From: Podarcis gaigeae
Taxonomy: Eukaryota
Assembly: GCA_964106915.2 (NCBI GenBank)
Contig: OZ066917.1
Reading direction: 5' to 3' (one strand)
DNA: 64,000 nucleotides
The notes under the pieces are model-generated. The model was not told the origin of the DNA. It searched no databases and saw only the letters and a program-made list of their open reading frames with translations. Shown here in pieces: positions 14,401 through 27,800 of this stretch; position 1 is the stretch's first letter; each line of letters starts with the position of its first letter. Position numbers and translations under genes: made by a program.

Positions 14401-17400
14401 TCTTGCTTGAGAACTTCCAAAGGACACTAGATGACCAGAACGTCCAAGAATGCTGAACCAGATAGACAATGGCCTGATCCAGGCATTCAGGTGCACTTAT
14501 GCTCTCTTTTAAAAGGATAAAATGACCAACATGTTTGTAGATTGCTCTAAGCCATTGCAAAGGCTTTGAGTCAGAAACCATTAACACATTAATAAAACCA
14601 AGACATCCATGCGGGGAGGAAGGGATGAAAACAAGCGTTAAAGAAGTTGGCCCCATGCTGGCATTAATACTATCCATTTTAAAACTGAGTGTACAAACCT
14701 CTAGGAAAATCAACCTCAATGTCAAGGTCTGGCTCATATGGAATATCAGGCAAGCTTTCCTGTGTTTCTGTTTTACAGTCAGGCAATTCTGTCTCAGTTA
14801 TTACACTTGTCTCAGTTATTACACCTGCAATTAAAGAAAGGCAATGTAACTAACGTGTGAACATGAACAATGGGTCTACTCTGAGTAAATTGTAGTCGAA
14901 TACCACCCAGTATATTGGTTTTATTCTATTTAACAGGATTTATTATCCAAAAACAATATAAATGATTCATTGAAAATACCAAACTTTAAACCCTGTCCTA
15001 GGGCCTAAGACTAGAAACTTAGCTCCAGAATACAGCATCCATTAGGAAAAAGCATTGCGTCTGGGAAAAGGAACACACAACAATCACTCTTTGCTCACAC
15101 AGTCCACTGAGGAAAGAGAGGGAGGATGTCATCTCAAAAAAGTCCTGTATATATATCAAGAGGGTGAAGAAGAAAGCCGTAGGGCCAGTGCAAGTCAGCT
15201 GTCACTCAAATCCTAGTGCACGTGCACTCTCCTGCAGTCAATAGTAGTCAGGAGGGCACAGCAGGGCAGGGCCACTTTTCTGACATCCTGTCACCACTGC
15301 TGCTGTAGCTTACTCAGGGGGGGCAAGCAGTGAGGTTGACACAGCGCAAATGCACCAGCGGGAGCACTGGATTAGTTCTGCTGGTGCACTGACACTGCAC
15401 TGAGCTTGCTACCACCTCCACGCTTCCTCTCTCGGTAAGCCACAGCAATGGTGGTGAGGGGACGTCAGATAAGCACTCCAAACCTTGCCTCTAGTGCAAT
15501 GCATCCTCTTTTCCAGAAGGGGACCCATCCGTGTTGAAATAGTCCCATGTCACCAAGGGAGGGAGACCACCCAAAGTCTAGGTATAGTTGCGCTATGGAT
15601 GTCCACCTTCCATGGCCCTTTGCATAATACCATTTTATTCCCATCCAGATCACCACAATTGATATAGCCAGCCATATCAGCCACAAACCCCAAATGGAGA
15701 GGAGGGCAGGGAACAGAACTGTCTACACCATCCTGGCTTTTTTTTTTTACCCCTCTGAACCCACAGTGGGAGTGGGTTCACCACATAAGCACTGAGGACA
15801 GATTCAAATTTGCCAAACCAATAATAAAAAAACCTGTTACCAAGACATACTTTTGAGCTCTTGAGGTTCCACTTTCTCCTCTTTTTCAGGCATCTCTTCT
15901 GCTACAGCCAGTGACTCCTCCTCAGCCTTCACAGGACTGGAATTTGTTTTGTTATTTAGTTCTTCTATTGCTTCAAGTATCTTCTCGCTGCTCTCCAGTG
16001 TGGTGGGCAGAAAAACAGGAACTGGTACCTAGTATAGGAAAGATTAAATCATTAGTGACGAAAGTACCGCTAACACCAAGAAAGCGGAAGTGGAGTAAGT
16101 CCTCACAGCCATTTTTCCGAAGGAGAAACAACCAGTGGCATATAAATGTAGGGACAAACAGAAAAGGAGAAATAACTCACTTACTGCATACGCACCCAGG
16201 GGACTATAAGCAGAAGGCCACGAAAACAGGCTGAGTAATATATGTAAAGGCACAGCATTAAAATTAAAAAAGCCAGAGGCTTAATTTGGTCTCCCACTTC
16301 ACTTACAGTGGGTGGGCTCTTTAATCCCACATGCTTCCATGAGCACAAGGGGGTGGGGAAGGATGTGATTTTGTAAATCCCCCCTTTCTTCTGCAGCCTC
16401 CCATGCTATTCCAACCAAAAGCTCTGCAGAAGATGCAGGGGCGGGGGGGGGGCAGTGCAAATGCACCAGTGGTAACACTGGATTAGCCCTGTTGGTGCAG
16501 TGTTACCTCCCCACCCACAGAGGCCTCTACTGGACACAACTGGATACAGCCCTACGTTCTCCGGAATCTCAACCACTCCTATAAAAATAGGTTATTTCTG
16601 GTATCCCCATTTAGAGGGATAACACAAGAATACATTTCAGTATATCAATGTTAGGGTGGTGGAAAAGATATGAATGCTCTGCATTAATTGGTTAATTCCA
16701 TAAACAGGTTAGGTAAAGGTAAAGGGACCCCTGACCATTAGGTCCAGTCGTGGCCGACTCTGGGGTTGTGGCACTCATTTCGCTTTATTGGCCGAGGGAG
16801 CTGGCGTACAGCTTTCAGGTCATGTGGCCAGCATGACTAAGCCGCTTCTGGTGAACCAGAGCAGCGCACGGAAACGCCATTTACCTTCCCGCCGGAGTGG
16901 TACCTATTTATCTACTTGCACTTTGACGTGCTTAGGGCTTCCTTATTACTTTCCTACCCTTGTATGCCTCACTTATCTCCATGTCTGACCAGGCTGCTGG
17001 TTTATGGGCATGCAATAAGAGGGGCACAGCTTTCTGTAGAAAGGTGTGGTACAACTTATTGAAATGATAAATGCATTTCGGCAATAGAACAGATGCCTGC
17101 GGAGATAAGCATATTTAAGAGAGTGATCTGTTGAAGCCTAGCAGCTGCATATGACATCTCTTAAGAGGCACAATCAACTCTTCTTAACAGATGATTCCAG
17201 TAAGAAAATATAGGATTACTAAACCATATTCCAGGCATGCAAAATACTACAAATTTTAAAACAAGGCTGAAATCTGGCTTACTGGAACAGGAACCGTTGT
17301 AGGAACTGGAACATTTTGACTACACATGTGCATAGGAACAGGTACATACACAGGAACTGGAACAGGTACAGGGATGTATTCTTTTTCCCAGCCATCATCT

Positions 17401-20400
17401 GAAACAAAAGACAGTATGCAGTTATAGACTAGCACGAGAAGGGTAGCATACAATCATGAGATTATAATTGTATTCCACACAAACAATGTTGCAAAAGAAG
17501 GCGATTGGACAGCCAGTGCTTTGACTCAACAGTTTACCTGTCTGACAAGATTTCGTTTGCATGTGAGGTTTACAGTATGTTGCTTTAGTCATTGTCAGAG
17601 GTTTGCAAAGAACTGCTTTGTTCTTCATTTCTTTATTTGGTGTTGGGGAAGGAGGTGGTGCCGATCCCTGCGAATAAGGACATCAGTCAATATTAGCACC
17701 CCCAAAACAAAAGAAAGACCCCTAACAAGGGCAGGGCAATAGCCCACTCAGCTGACACTGAAGTTTCTTTAATACAGGATAAGGGACGCGGGTGGTGCTG
17801 TGGGTAAAACCTCAGTGCCTAGGACTTGCCGATCGCATGGTCGGCGGTTCAAATCCCCGCGGCGGGGTGCACTCCCGTCGTTCGGTCCCAGCGCCTGCCA
17901 ACCTAGCAGTTTGAAAGCACCTCCGGGTGCAAGTAGATAAATAGGGACCGCTTACCAGCGGGAAGGTAAACGGGGTTCCGTGTGCTGCGCTGGCTCGCCA
18001 GATGCAGCTTGTCACGCTGGCCACGTGACCCGGAAGTGTCTGCGGACAGCGCTGGCTCCCGGCCTATAGAGTGAGATGAGCGCACAACCCTAGAGTCCGG
18101 GCAAGACTGCCCATACGGGCAAGGGTACCTTTACCTTTTTAAAGCTATAAATGGCTGCTTCTGAGAGCTCAAAATGGATTTTCTATAGTGATGTAAGAGA
18201 TGTAACAAGTCTAGTGGGAGGTACCACAAAGTCCAAGCCCTGAAGGGTCTTTCTTTTTAGAATAAAGCCTGCATTCTAGTGGACGTGGAGGAGAGTATTC
18301 AGTGTTCTATACAACTGGCAACAAGTAGGGAGGACACCCTAAACTCTTTTACATCAGTAACTCTCTAAAATCAATCTGTGGTATCCAGCAGAGGGCCTGA
18401 GGAGTTCCACATGCAGTGAGACTACTCTTCCCTCCCTTCTTCCCAAGCACCCCCCAAAACTGCTCAAAGGTCCGCTCCTCCAATCTTCTGGAGCAGATTT
18501 TGAGGGTGCCTGAGGGGCTTTAGGGGAGAGGGAAGGGAAGTTCTGCTCTGCAAGCAGAACAACATTGTTGGATACAAGAAAGTACGCATTAAGTTGCTGC
18601 TGAGTTTGCAAGATCATCACAAGTTTCCTATATAATCATTAACCCACAGCAGCTTGGCCCACCCAAGACACTTCTCAGAAGTGTCATGCCATAGAAGCTG
18701 TGCTACAGAAAACAGACCTCGATTCTCTGAACTGGCAGATGGCCAATATAAGCCTATCAGGAGTTTTATTGTGAGCCAAAATACCAAAACAAATCCCCAC
18801 CTATATTTTGTGGAATACAAGTACAATTTATACAAGCTGCAATTTACTTACTGTGGTTTTTGTTCTGGGGGTTTGACAGCCCTGATCTATGAATGAGAGA
18901 AGAGAAAATTAATATAGTGCCATTTTTCTTATGCAGTTGTTATAAAAGGTAATACCAATGTTTTCAACCTTGTTGCACTACTACAGTAATAATGTATACC
19001 AGCCATGATGAACATTGTTCTGCCTTTATGGTTGGAGGCACCATGTGTCTGAATGCCAGCTGCTGGTCTCACAAGCAGGAAAGAGCTGTTGCACTGAGGC
19101 TTCCCATGGTAAGCCACAATAAGAACAGGATGCTGGACAAGATGGACCACTGGACCGATCCAGCAGGCTTTTCTTATGCCCTTAACATTGTTCCGCTAAT
19201 TAACCGATTATCAAGTAGCAGGGGATCCTCCTAAGAATGGGGGGAAATGTGTCTGCTTTCATTTTTTGAAAAGACTATCCATTTTTGTCCACTGATCATG
19301 CAGGCTGACATGCTGAGCTCTAGGGTGATCCCTGCTTATCTGTGTGCACCACGTTATTGTATAGATGGCTCCAGTGCTTTATCTTAAAAGAGCTCTTTTG
19401 GAAGCTCATATTGCTCGACTTTCCTGAAGTACATCATCTCTTTTTTATTCTGTGTTGTTAGTTACGGGAAGTATCATACCATACTGCAAGTTTTCTGGTC
19501 CTTTCTGTGTTGCCATATTAGGTTCATTTTGTTGACAGTAGAAACGTAGAAGACAGTGCTGATCGCAGAAATGTTTCATCTCTCCTCTCCACTGGACTTT
19601 CTCCCTAAGAGTCCCTTGAGTTTTGCAACAGTCACACCTTGCGGCCTTAAAAACAATTTCAATGTTGTTAACTAGAGAAAGAATTACTACCATACGTGTG
19701 ATATAAATACTATTCTAAAAGGTGTTTAGACTGGGCAGCTGAAAAGGGAAAATAAGTAACAGTAATACCTTTGAAATATTTTTAAGCAGCACAGTTCTAC
19801 TGTGAAATTCCTTCCAAGGGAGGGTTACCTGGAGCCTTCAATACATTATCTTTAGGAACCAGGCAAAAACATTCCTCTTCTCCCAGGCTATAGGCTAATT
19901 AAACAATTGATGGCTTTTAAAACTGTGTGTGTGTGTGGAGGGGGGAAAGCTATTTTGTTTGTTTGTTATTAAGGTATGTATTTTTGTGTTTTTATATTGT
20001 AAATGACCCTGTGATCTTTGGATGAAGGGTGATATAGAAATATTATTATTATTATTATTATTACTAATACTACTACTACTACAATAAAAAGGCAAAGTGC
20101 CTGGGAGCATTTCTCTGGGAGCCTGCATGTTGGCACATCTTTAGGAAGCCGTAGTTCGGCTTTCTGTATCATGCAAACCTAATTATAGCATGTTATATAG
20201 CTGCACTTCTTTATTTATATGCATCATTTGGATCAACAATATTTTGGATAGTTTATCTCTCAATCTTCATTTCTTTTCAAGCTTTTGAATACTTATGGAA
20301 TACTGCATTACCTTATAGTACCAGTCTTGAAATTTTCTACAACACTCTTCACTGCAGAAATCTCTTACTACTCCATCAAGTTCCTTAGTTGCTCCTTTTT

Positions 20401-23400
20401 TACAGAGCTGAGAGCAATAATTGCAAGTGACGCACCGTAATCCTAACCGCCTTGCAAAATCTTGTTTGTACAGCAGCTTGCAACCTGGAAAAAGAAAAAT
20501 GACACAGAGAGTTGATGAAACCTATATGATATGGGCCCCTGCTGTGGGTGTCTATGTGCACTGTATTTAAACCTATCTTTAGTTGTTGCTTGGATTATTT
20601 TTAAAACTATTTTTCATTATTCTCTTTTTGTGTATGATTCTGTATAGTTTGAGATGTGAAAGGGTATTGAAAAATGAATAATAATACAAGATAAAATATA
20701 TTGATCAAATACTACTAAACACTGAAAAGCTTTTGCTCAATAAGACTTTTTTTTTTTTACATTAAACTTATCCAAACATATCTATATAAGATTCTCTTCC
20801 AGCAGAATACTTCGTTAAGAAACAAAATTTAGCCATGCCCCTGGCTGAAGTGGATTTGTATAAACAGGGGTTTTATCACTGAAAACAAAATTGCCTGGCT
20901 CATTATTTCATATTCTAGATGTCCATCTGGTTTCAACTGAGGTTGAAGTGTATAACTTTTTATTTTATTTTTCTGTGGTTCACTGCTCCATCTAGTGGAG
21001 ATGCCATGAACAAATCCACACATTAGAATTGCGTCCCTGGTTTTATTTTGCATAGATTATAGGTTTAAATAAAGGTGCTTCCTAGACATATATGACAATC
21101 CAATAGCAAAGACATTCAAGGGCTTTAGACTGTTTTATATACCATCTCAGCAAAATTCCCAAATAGTGGTTGGTCTGAATGGTCCGAAAAGGAGAATACA
21201 CTGAAACCTCAAAATCCACTTACTTTTTAAAGGCCACCTTGATCTTGCTGTCCCCCCCCCCAAAAAAAAAACAACAAAGAAAGGCCAGCTTTTTTGCACT
21301 GTGTTGCAAAAGATGCACAAACCCCCCAGGGCCACCCCAAGATATTTGCTGCCTGAGGCTAAAGTTAGAATGGTGCTCCTACCATACCATGTACAGAAGC
21401 TGACTGGACTAGCAATTAATCCTGTTGAGGTGAAGGACAGTTCATGCAGCATAAACAGTTCTGTCCTCCAACAGCAGGCTACAACCAGGGGACCAGGAGG
21501 AATATCCTGCCACTGTCCCCTAAACATTTGCCACCTGAGCTGGCCATCTCACTCTGCCTAATGGCAAGCCCTGTCTTGTCCTCTGTTCTTTTCCCAATTT
21601 CCCAGATAATGCTAGCAGGTGGGGAACGAATGTGGAAAAACATAGGCTCAGGTTTCCTGTATCAGAAGCTGTTTCTACAGTATAGTGTGTGTGTGTGTGT
21701 GTGTGTGTGGACATGCAGTGGACAAGAGTTAAGGCATTTTTGTAGCATGTGATGCAATTTGCTGGTCTATATTAGATTTTGCAATGTAGTAGATGTGCAA
21801 AATCTAAACAAAAAAATAAATTCAATTGATTCAAGCAGTAGTGCACTGGGGGTGGAATCTAATGCTGCACAAATGGACTCATGCTCACACAAGGAGCCCC
21901 CCCCCCCGCTTCTTTCGTCCTCCTTGCAACGCCCCCAAATCTGCCCCTAAGGACCCTCCACAGAATATACTGAGGGCAAGCAAAAGGCTGCAGGGGGAAG
22001 GACAAGAAGGCGAAACCTTGGAAGTCCATTTGGCTTCCATGCGGACAGCATTGGATATTGGATGTTGATATTACTCAGCCATGAGTCTGTCTAGGTATCA
22101 GATGACAAAAACTACCTCAGATCAAATAAATGGCAGGCTACGGCCTACTGGCTCCTTCAGTTAGGCCCCAGACACATACAAACTGGTTCACGTGTTTTTG
22201 TAATGTTGAAATACTTAAATACTACGTTTAGTATGACAATATTGGTAGCGATATGCACCAGAGAGACACAACACACCTTCACTACAGAATGGTCTCTTGA
22301 TACCAGAAAATTTCACCGTTTCATGCAGAGTCTTCTCCTCTTGACAGTATTCACAGTATGTTACTATACAATGTAGTTTCTTATAATCATCAGAACAAAT
22401 TTTACTGCAGAACTGATACACTTTGTTCTAATGGAAAAAATACCACAGAAGATAAATGGGTAAGTTAGAAGACTTCAAACAAAAAAGGCAAAAGGTTACA
22501 TTAGCTTAAGACATTTTATCCAAAGAAAAGAAATCCTTATTCACGAGAAACTTTACCCTTCAGGAAAAAGGCCATGTGTTTGTTTTTTAAAGCAAAGGAG
22601 AATCCGCTTGACTATTAGTTCTTTAAATTGTCAAATCAACCAACAATATCAAGAATATGACATATTAAGGCTTTTATAGTTTGACTAATAAAAGTAAGAA
22701 CTGTGTTTTTTTAAACCAAGGATTGGGCAATGTTGCTTGCTGGGCACAGTTGCCAGATTAGCAAAAGCCATTCCATAGGAATACAGAGGGCAGAGCTGTT
22801 TCTATGTATTTTCAAATTAATGTTCTGCAGCTTACTTGCAAAGCAGACTTTGCACACCCACAGCAAGTTCCAGCAGCAGTAAGAGCTCCAGCTGGTTTGA
22901 AGAACTAGGGTGTCTTTGTCCATTCCACCCCATTTCCTAGGAGCAGGATAAATAGTTCTCCACACTCCTCTCAGAATACCACAAAGTATTTTACGTATAG
23001 CCATGCATGCACAAACAAACAACATTTTCATGGGAGGAAAACCAAAGACTGCAATGTGAGCAGGGCATTGTTTTCTACATTGGGTTTTTCTCCCGTCTAT
23101 CTAATAATTTAGAATACATGGGTGATTTACAACTTATAAGAAACAGATACAGTCATGCCTTGGGCTAAATACGCTTCAAGTATTTTCGGGTTGCGCTCCA
23201 TGGCAACCCAGAAGTTTCGCCGGGTTTCGCCGCTTGCGCATGCGCAGATGGTCAAAATTATGTCACACACATGCACGGAAGTGGCAAAGCGGCAAAACAC
23301 GACCCTTGCAGACGCGTCTTACGTTCTATTCAGGATGCGACGGGGCTCCGGCACAGATCCCGTTTGCATCCCGAGGTACCACTGTACTAGAAAACAAGAC

Positions 23401-24847
23401 ACTGTGTGCCTGAGAGAAAGAACTGGCAGTAACTGGAATTGAACCATAGATGTCTGGAATGTGTTGGTCATCAAGAATGTATTCCTTTTCTTTTGTCCTA
23501 ACAGTTTCCCATGAATCCAACAACTCACACATAATTTGAATAATAAAATAAAATTGGGGTGGAAGATCTGGAGCTGAAATGTCTGCAATGCTAGGTCCGC
23601 CTTCTTAGGGAGGGTTTTTCATAGCTGAGGCACCGCTATAGAAAATGCCCTTTCCTTGGTAGGTATTATAGTGTATCTCTACTAACGAGTGAATTTTGCA
23701 TAGTCACTCTAGAACAGTGTTTCCCAACCTTGAGCCTCCAGATGTTTTTGGCCTACAACTCCCATCATCCCTAGCTAGCAAGACCAGTGGTCAGGGATGA
23801 TGGGAATTGTAGTTCAAAAACAGCTGGAGGCCCAAGGTTGGGAAACACTGCTCTAGAAGACCTTAAAGAATGAAAAGGCTGGTAACATTCAACTAGGATT
23901 ATTAAAGAAATATTAAACAGCGACTTGGTTGGGCTATAAAGATTTTAAATACATCAATAAAGTATCAACAACATTTTATGTTCAATACAAGAGGTACATA
24001 TCCCATTTTGATATAATTTACTTACTTCCCATTCCAGTACTTCAGGCTTTGAGCAGAAAGTATTTTTGCAATAATTGCATTTCAACTGAATATCACTCGG
24101 AGCCACAAACTGGCCATTGGTTGAAGACTGTACACTAAGAGTCTGAAAAATATTTTTAAAATATACAGATCAAATTCCTTCACTGTTAAGACACAGTAAA
24201 AAAGTGAGAATCATAGCATTGTAGAGCTGGAAGTGCATTACTGCATTTGTTAAAAAGAATTAGTGAGAATATGTGCTATTATGAAAACGGTTTTCCTTGA
24301 AACGGCTTCTGCTAAATTTCACATCCTCTATATAGGATCATTCACAAAGTTTCTGAAGCTCACTTTTACTGTTTATACAGTCATCGATGGACATGACAAC
24401 TTAGAGCTACATAGAGAAGCAGGTGTCAAAAGAGCCTCCAAAACAGCAACAGCAAAAAGGGACAAGAGGGATGGAAGAAGCAATAATAAATATGAACACT
24501 GGGTGCTCTTTGGCTTCAGTCCAGCTGGGGAAGGTTAAACCAAAGGCTTTGCAAAGAAGGGAGAGAAAAGTGTAAGGGGAAGCACAAGAGAATGAGTGAA
24601 GCTGTGCAAGAGAGAACTTTAGGCAGCAGGTGGTGATGGAAGAACAACATTCTCTAGTACAAATATGTCAGGAGACAACAGTAGACAGATGAGGAGGGGC
24701 AGGCCCATGGAGAAAGGTGGAGAAAGAGTGTGTGATGTCTCATGATCTAACTCCCTCTCACTATGTCATTGCATTCACAACCGTTCACTGTGCTCAGCCT
24801 ACAGAACCCGTTTGGTTACACTGCCACATGAACACAGAAATACACAT

Positions 24848-24892
<45 letters not shown>

Positions 24893-27800
24893 GGCATTAA
24901 ATCATAATCACTACTGTCAAGGCAGAGTGATAATGACAAGATGCCAATGAAATACTAGTCAGGTCTATGCACTTAATTATTACAATTATTTACATCCTGT
25001 TTTTTAGGACACAAATCCTCCCAAGCAAATTTATAAGAAACATAAAGAAAGATTACTAAAAGCCATATTAACAATATTAAAATATAACACTTCCTGGAGA
25101 CCCTTCACACGGGGCACTTGGTGGCAGAAGGCCCTCTGGGTTGGGAGCAACTGGAGTGGTCCTAATGAATCCTTTGCCTAGCTAGCCTCTTTCTCCTATA
25201 ATGCTTTCCAAAGAGCACATGGCCTTGAAGTAAAGAGAAGAAAATTCAGCTGGTGCAGAAGCAGATATGAAACCTGTGGTTGAGCTAACCACAGTTAGGC
25301 AGGCCTAAGGGCCTAATTTGGCCTGTGAGGCCCTTCTTCCCCCAGCCACAGCCCCTCCACCTGATGTCTTACAGATGAGGTGAAGGGAGAGACCAACAGC
25401 ACAAGCGCACACATGCTCCCTATCAGCACAACGTCCAACAAAGAGGAGAGGAGGACCAGGAAGAGAACAGCTCACAAAAAGGGAAGGCAGGCTAATGAAA
25501 AACACAGAGTTGATTTAGAACCCTAAAGGAGTCCAACTGTCTTCAACCACAGGCAGGGAGAGTTAGCTGGACAACAAGCTGACTCCTGCCCCTGGAGAGG
25601 TAGCAAAAGGCTTTTCCGGACCCTGCCTGCTCTGTAGTCAAGCTCCATCCCACATCCCTTCAAAAGCCGACAAAACAAAGGGAGAGAGAGGTTGAGCAGA
25701 ACCATCCATAAGTACAGGTAGAAGCAACAGGGAGAAACCCTTTCCACAGTAAGCATTTAGATAAGTCAAATCTTCCAGAAAAGGCTACCCCAAGGTCTTC
25801 AGACCATCCCAATTGATAAGAGCAAATAAAGACTGTATTTGATGGGTGGTGGTGATAGTGAACAGCAGAATCAAGCAGACAGTACTCCATTAGCAAAGCA
25901 CACAATGTATGTCATTTGTCTCTGCAGCCTGTGTATTCCTTTGACTCAGGCTCCAGCTCCAACTCCCAATTAATTTTCATTTAGCACATCTTTTAAAAAT
26001 CCAAACAGAGTATCACTAAAGATCAGTTCTCTCCAGAAGTAGTTCTGTTTGTGATTTAACTTTCAGGTGCCACTCAAAACCTGCTATTTTAATTTTATAT
26101 CAACTTGGACTGTGGCGAGGGAATAGTGTGGGGTGGGGTGGGTGATATCAATGGCAGAATAGGATGTGCATTTAACTGAAGAGCAACAGGAGGCTTGAAT
26201 GTTTGAGCCAAACTGTAAGCCACATGGATAGGACCTTTGGGACCACAGAAGCTCTGAAGCCTTTCAGATATCACCTAGACATATATACAGGTAGCTTTAG
26301 AATGCAGAGGTGTTAATAAAGTTGAAAAGTGGTGTGTAGCTACACAGGTTAACACAACATTTCCACTGGGAGAATGTGGGGTACGCAGTCATTGGAAAGA
26401 TAGGTTTCTTGGGATACATGTCTGATTGGTCTGCAAGCCTAATTTTATTTGTATTAATGTGATTCTGACATATCGTCTAATCTTACAGATATGCTAAACT
26501 CAACATGGTGCACATACCTGCAACACCCAGTTATCCCAAATTGTGGAACAATGGAGTCAACAGGAAGCAAGTGTGTCTGAACACCACAAAATGCAATCGG
26601 GTTCCATAGTTTACATCAGTGGTGGCCAAACTTGGCCCTTCAGCTGTTTTGTGACTATAATTCCCATCATCCCTGACCACTGGTCTTGTTAGCTAGGGAT
26701 GATGGGAGTTGTAGTCCAAAAACAGCTGGAGGGCCAAGTTTGGCCACCACTGGTTTACACCATATGGGAATCATTTATATACACTCAACAGTTTTAATAC
26801 AGTGTATGCTATATGTGTAGTTCTCATACTTGTGTGTAGCAGATCTGGCTTAAGTTACTCGCTTTGGAGGTATAACATGAGAAAACTAATTCTCTACTAC
26901 TTCTGTGACGTAATGTTGGCTAACTTGGAAAATATACAGTGGTACCTTGGTTTACAACCATAATCCGTTCCGGAGGTCCGTTTGTAAACCAAAACAGGTT
27001 GTAACCCAAGGCGTGCTTTCGCCAATGGGGCCTCCAAAAAAAATTGTTCATAATTCCCCCCCCCCCCAAATGGGCTGCAATCCAAAAAAAGGTTGCAAAC
27101 CAGGACATGCACTTCCGCGTTTGACGTGTTTGTAATTCAAAACATATGCAAACCAAGACATATGCAAACCAAGGTACCACTGTATCTGACCTGTAAATTT
27201 TCCATCCATCCAGTGAAAATGAGGGCAGTTCACATCTGCAGACTGCCTTCCCTTTTCATCGGATAAGAAGCAGAATTATTAGCCAGCTACATCATGTGAG
27301 AGCTGTCCAATTCTTCCTTCTTCGTAAACGTAACAAGGTCACCCCAAGAAATGAACCGTGTTAGGACAACAACGCAAGCAGCAAAAGAGGTTGAGTAGAC
27401 TAACCCACATACACAGTTTGGATCAAATGTGGGGAGGGGGAATTAATCTACCTTGAGCCCTTAGAGGTAGACTGAAATGTAGGCTAGAATTGTTAAAAAA
27501 AAATAAAAAGTAGTAAGTAAAGCACAGCTAAAAGGTGAGTCTAGTAGGTACAGATAGCATGCAAGAAGGCCAAGAACACAAACTGGTTTGTTTCTTTTTA
27601 CTGTTTTGCTCAGTTTTCAGATAAAAGATGCATCTGGTTTACATGAAGAAGGAAGCAGACAGGGTTACAGGTACAGATAGAGATGTAGGTAAAACATATT
27701 CTAGCCATTTAGAAATGAACTATCAGTGTGTACATAGATACAGATACAGATTTGCAAATTGAGGCTTCAGCCTTGGTGACTCAGAAAAGCAAGAGTTTGC

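Noticed and set aside
17783-17860. tRNA-like sequence with A/B boxes (also about 61105-61170)
   Set aside because: These are SINE heads, not tRNA genes; no complete cloverleaf.
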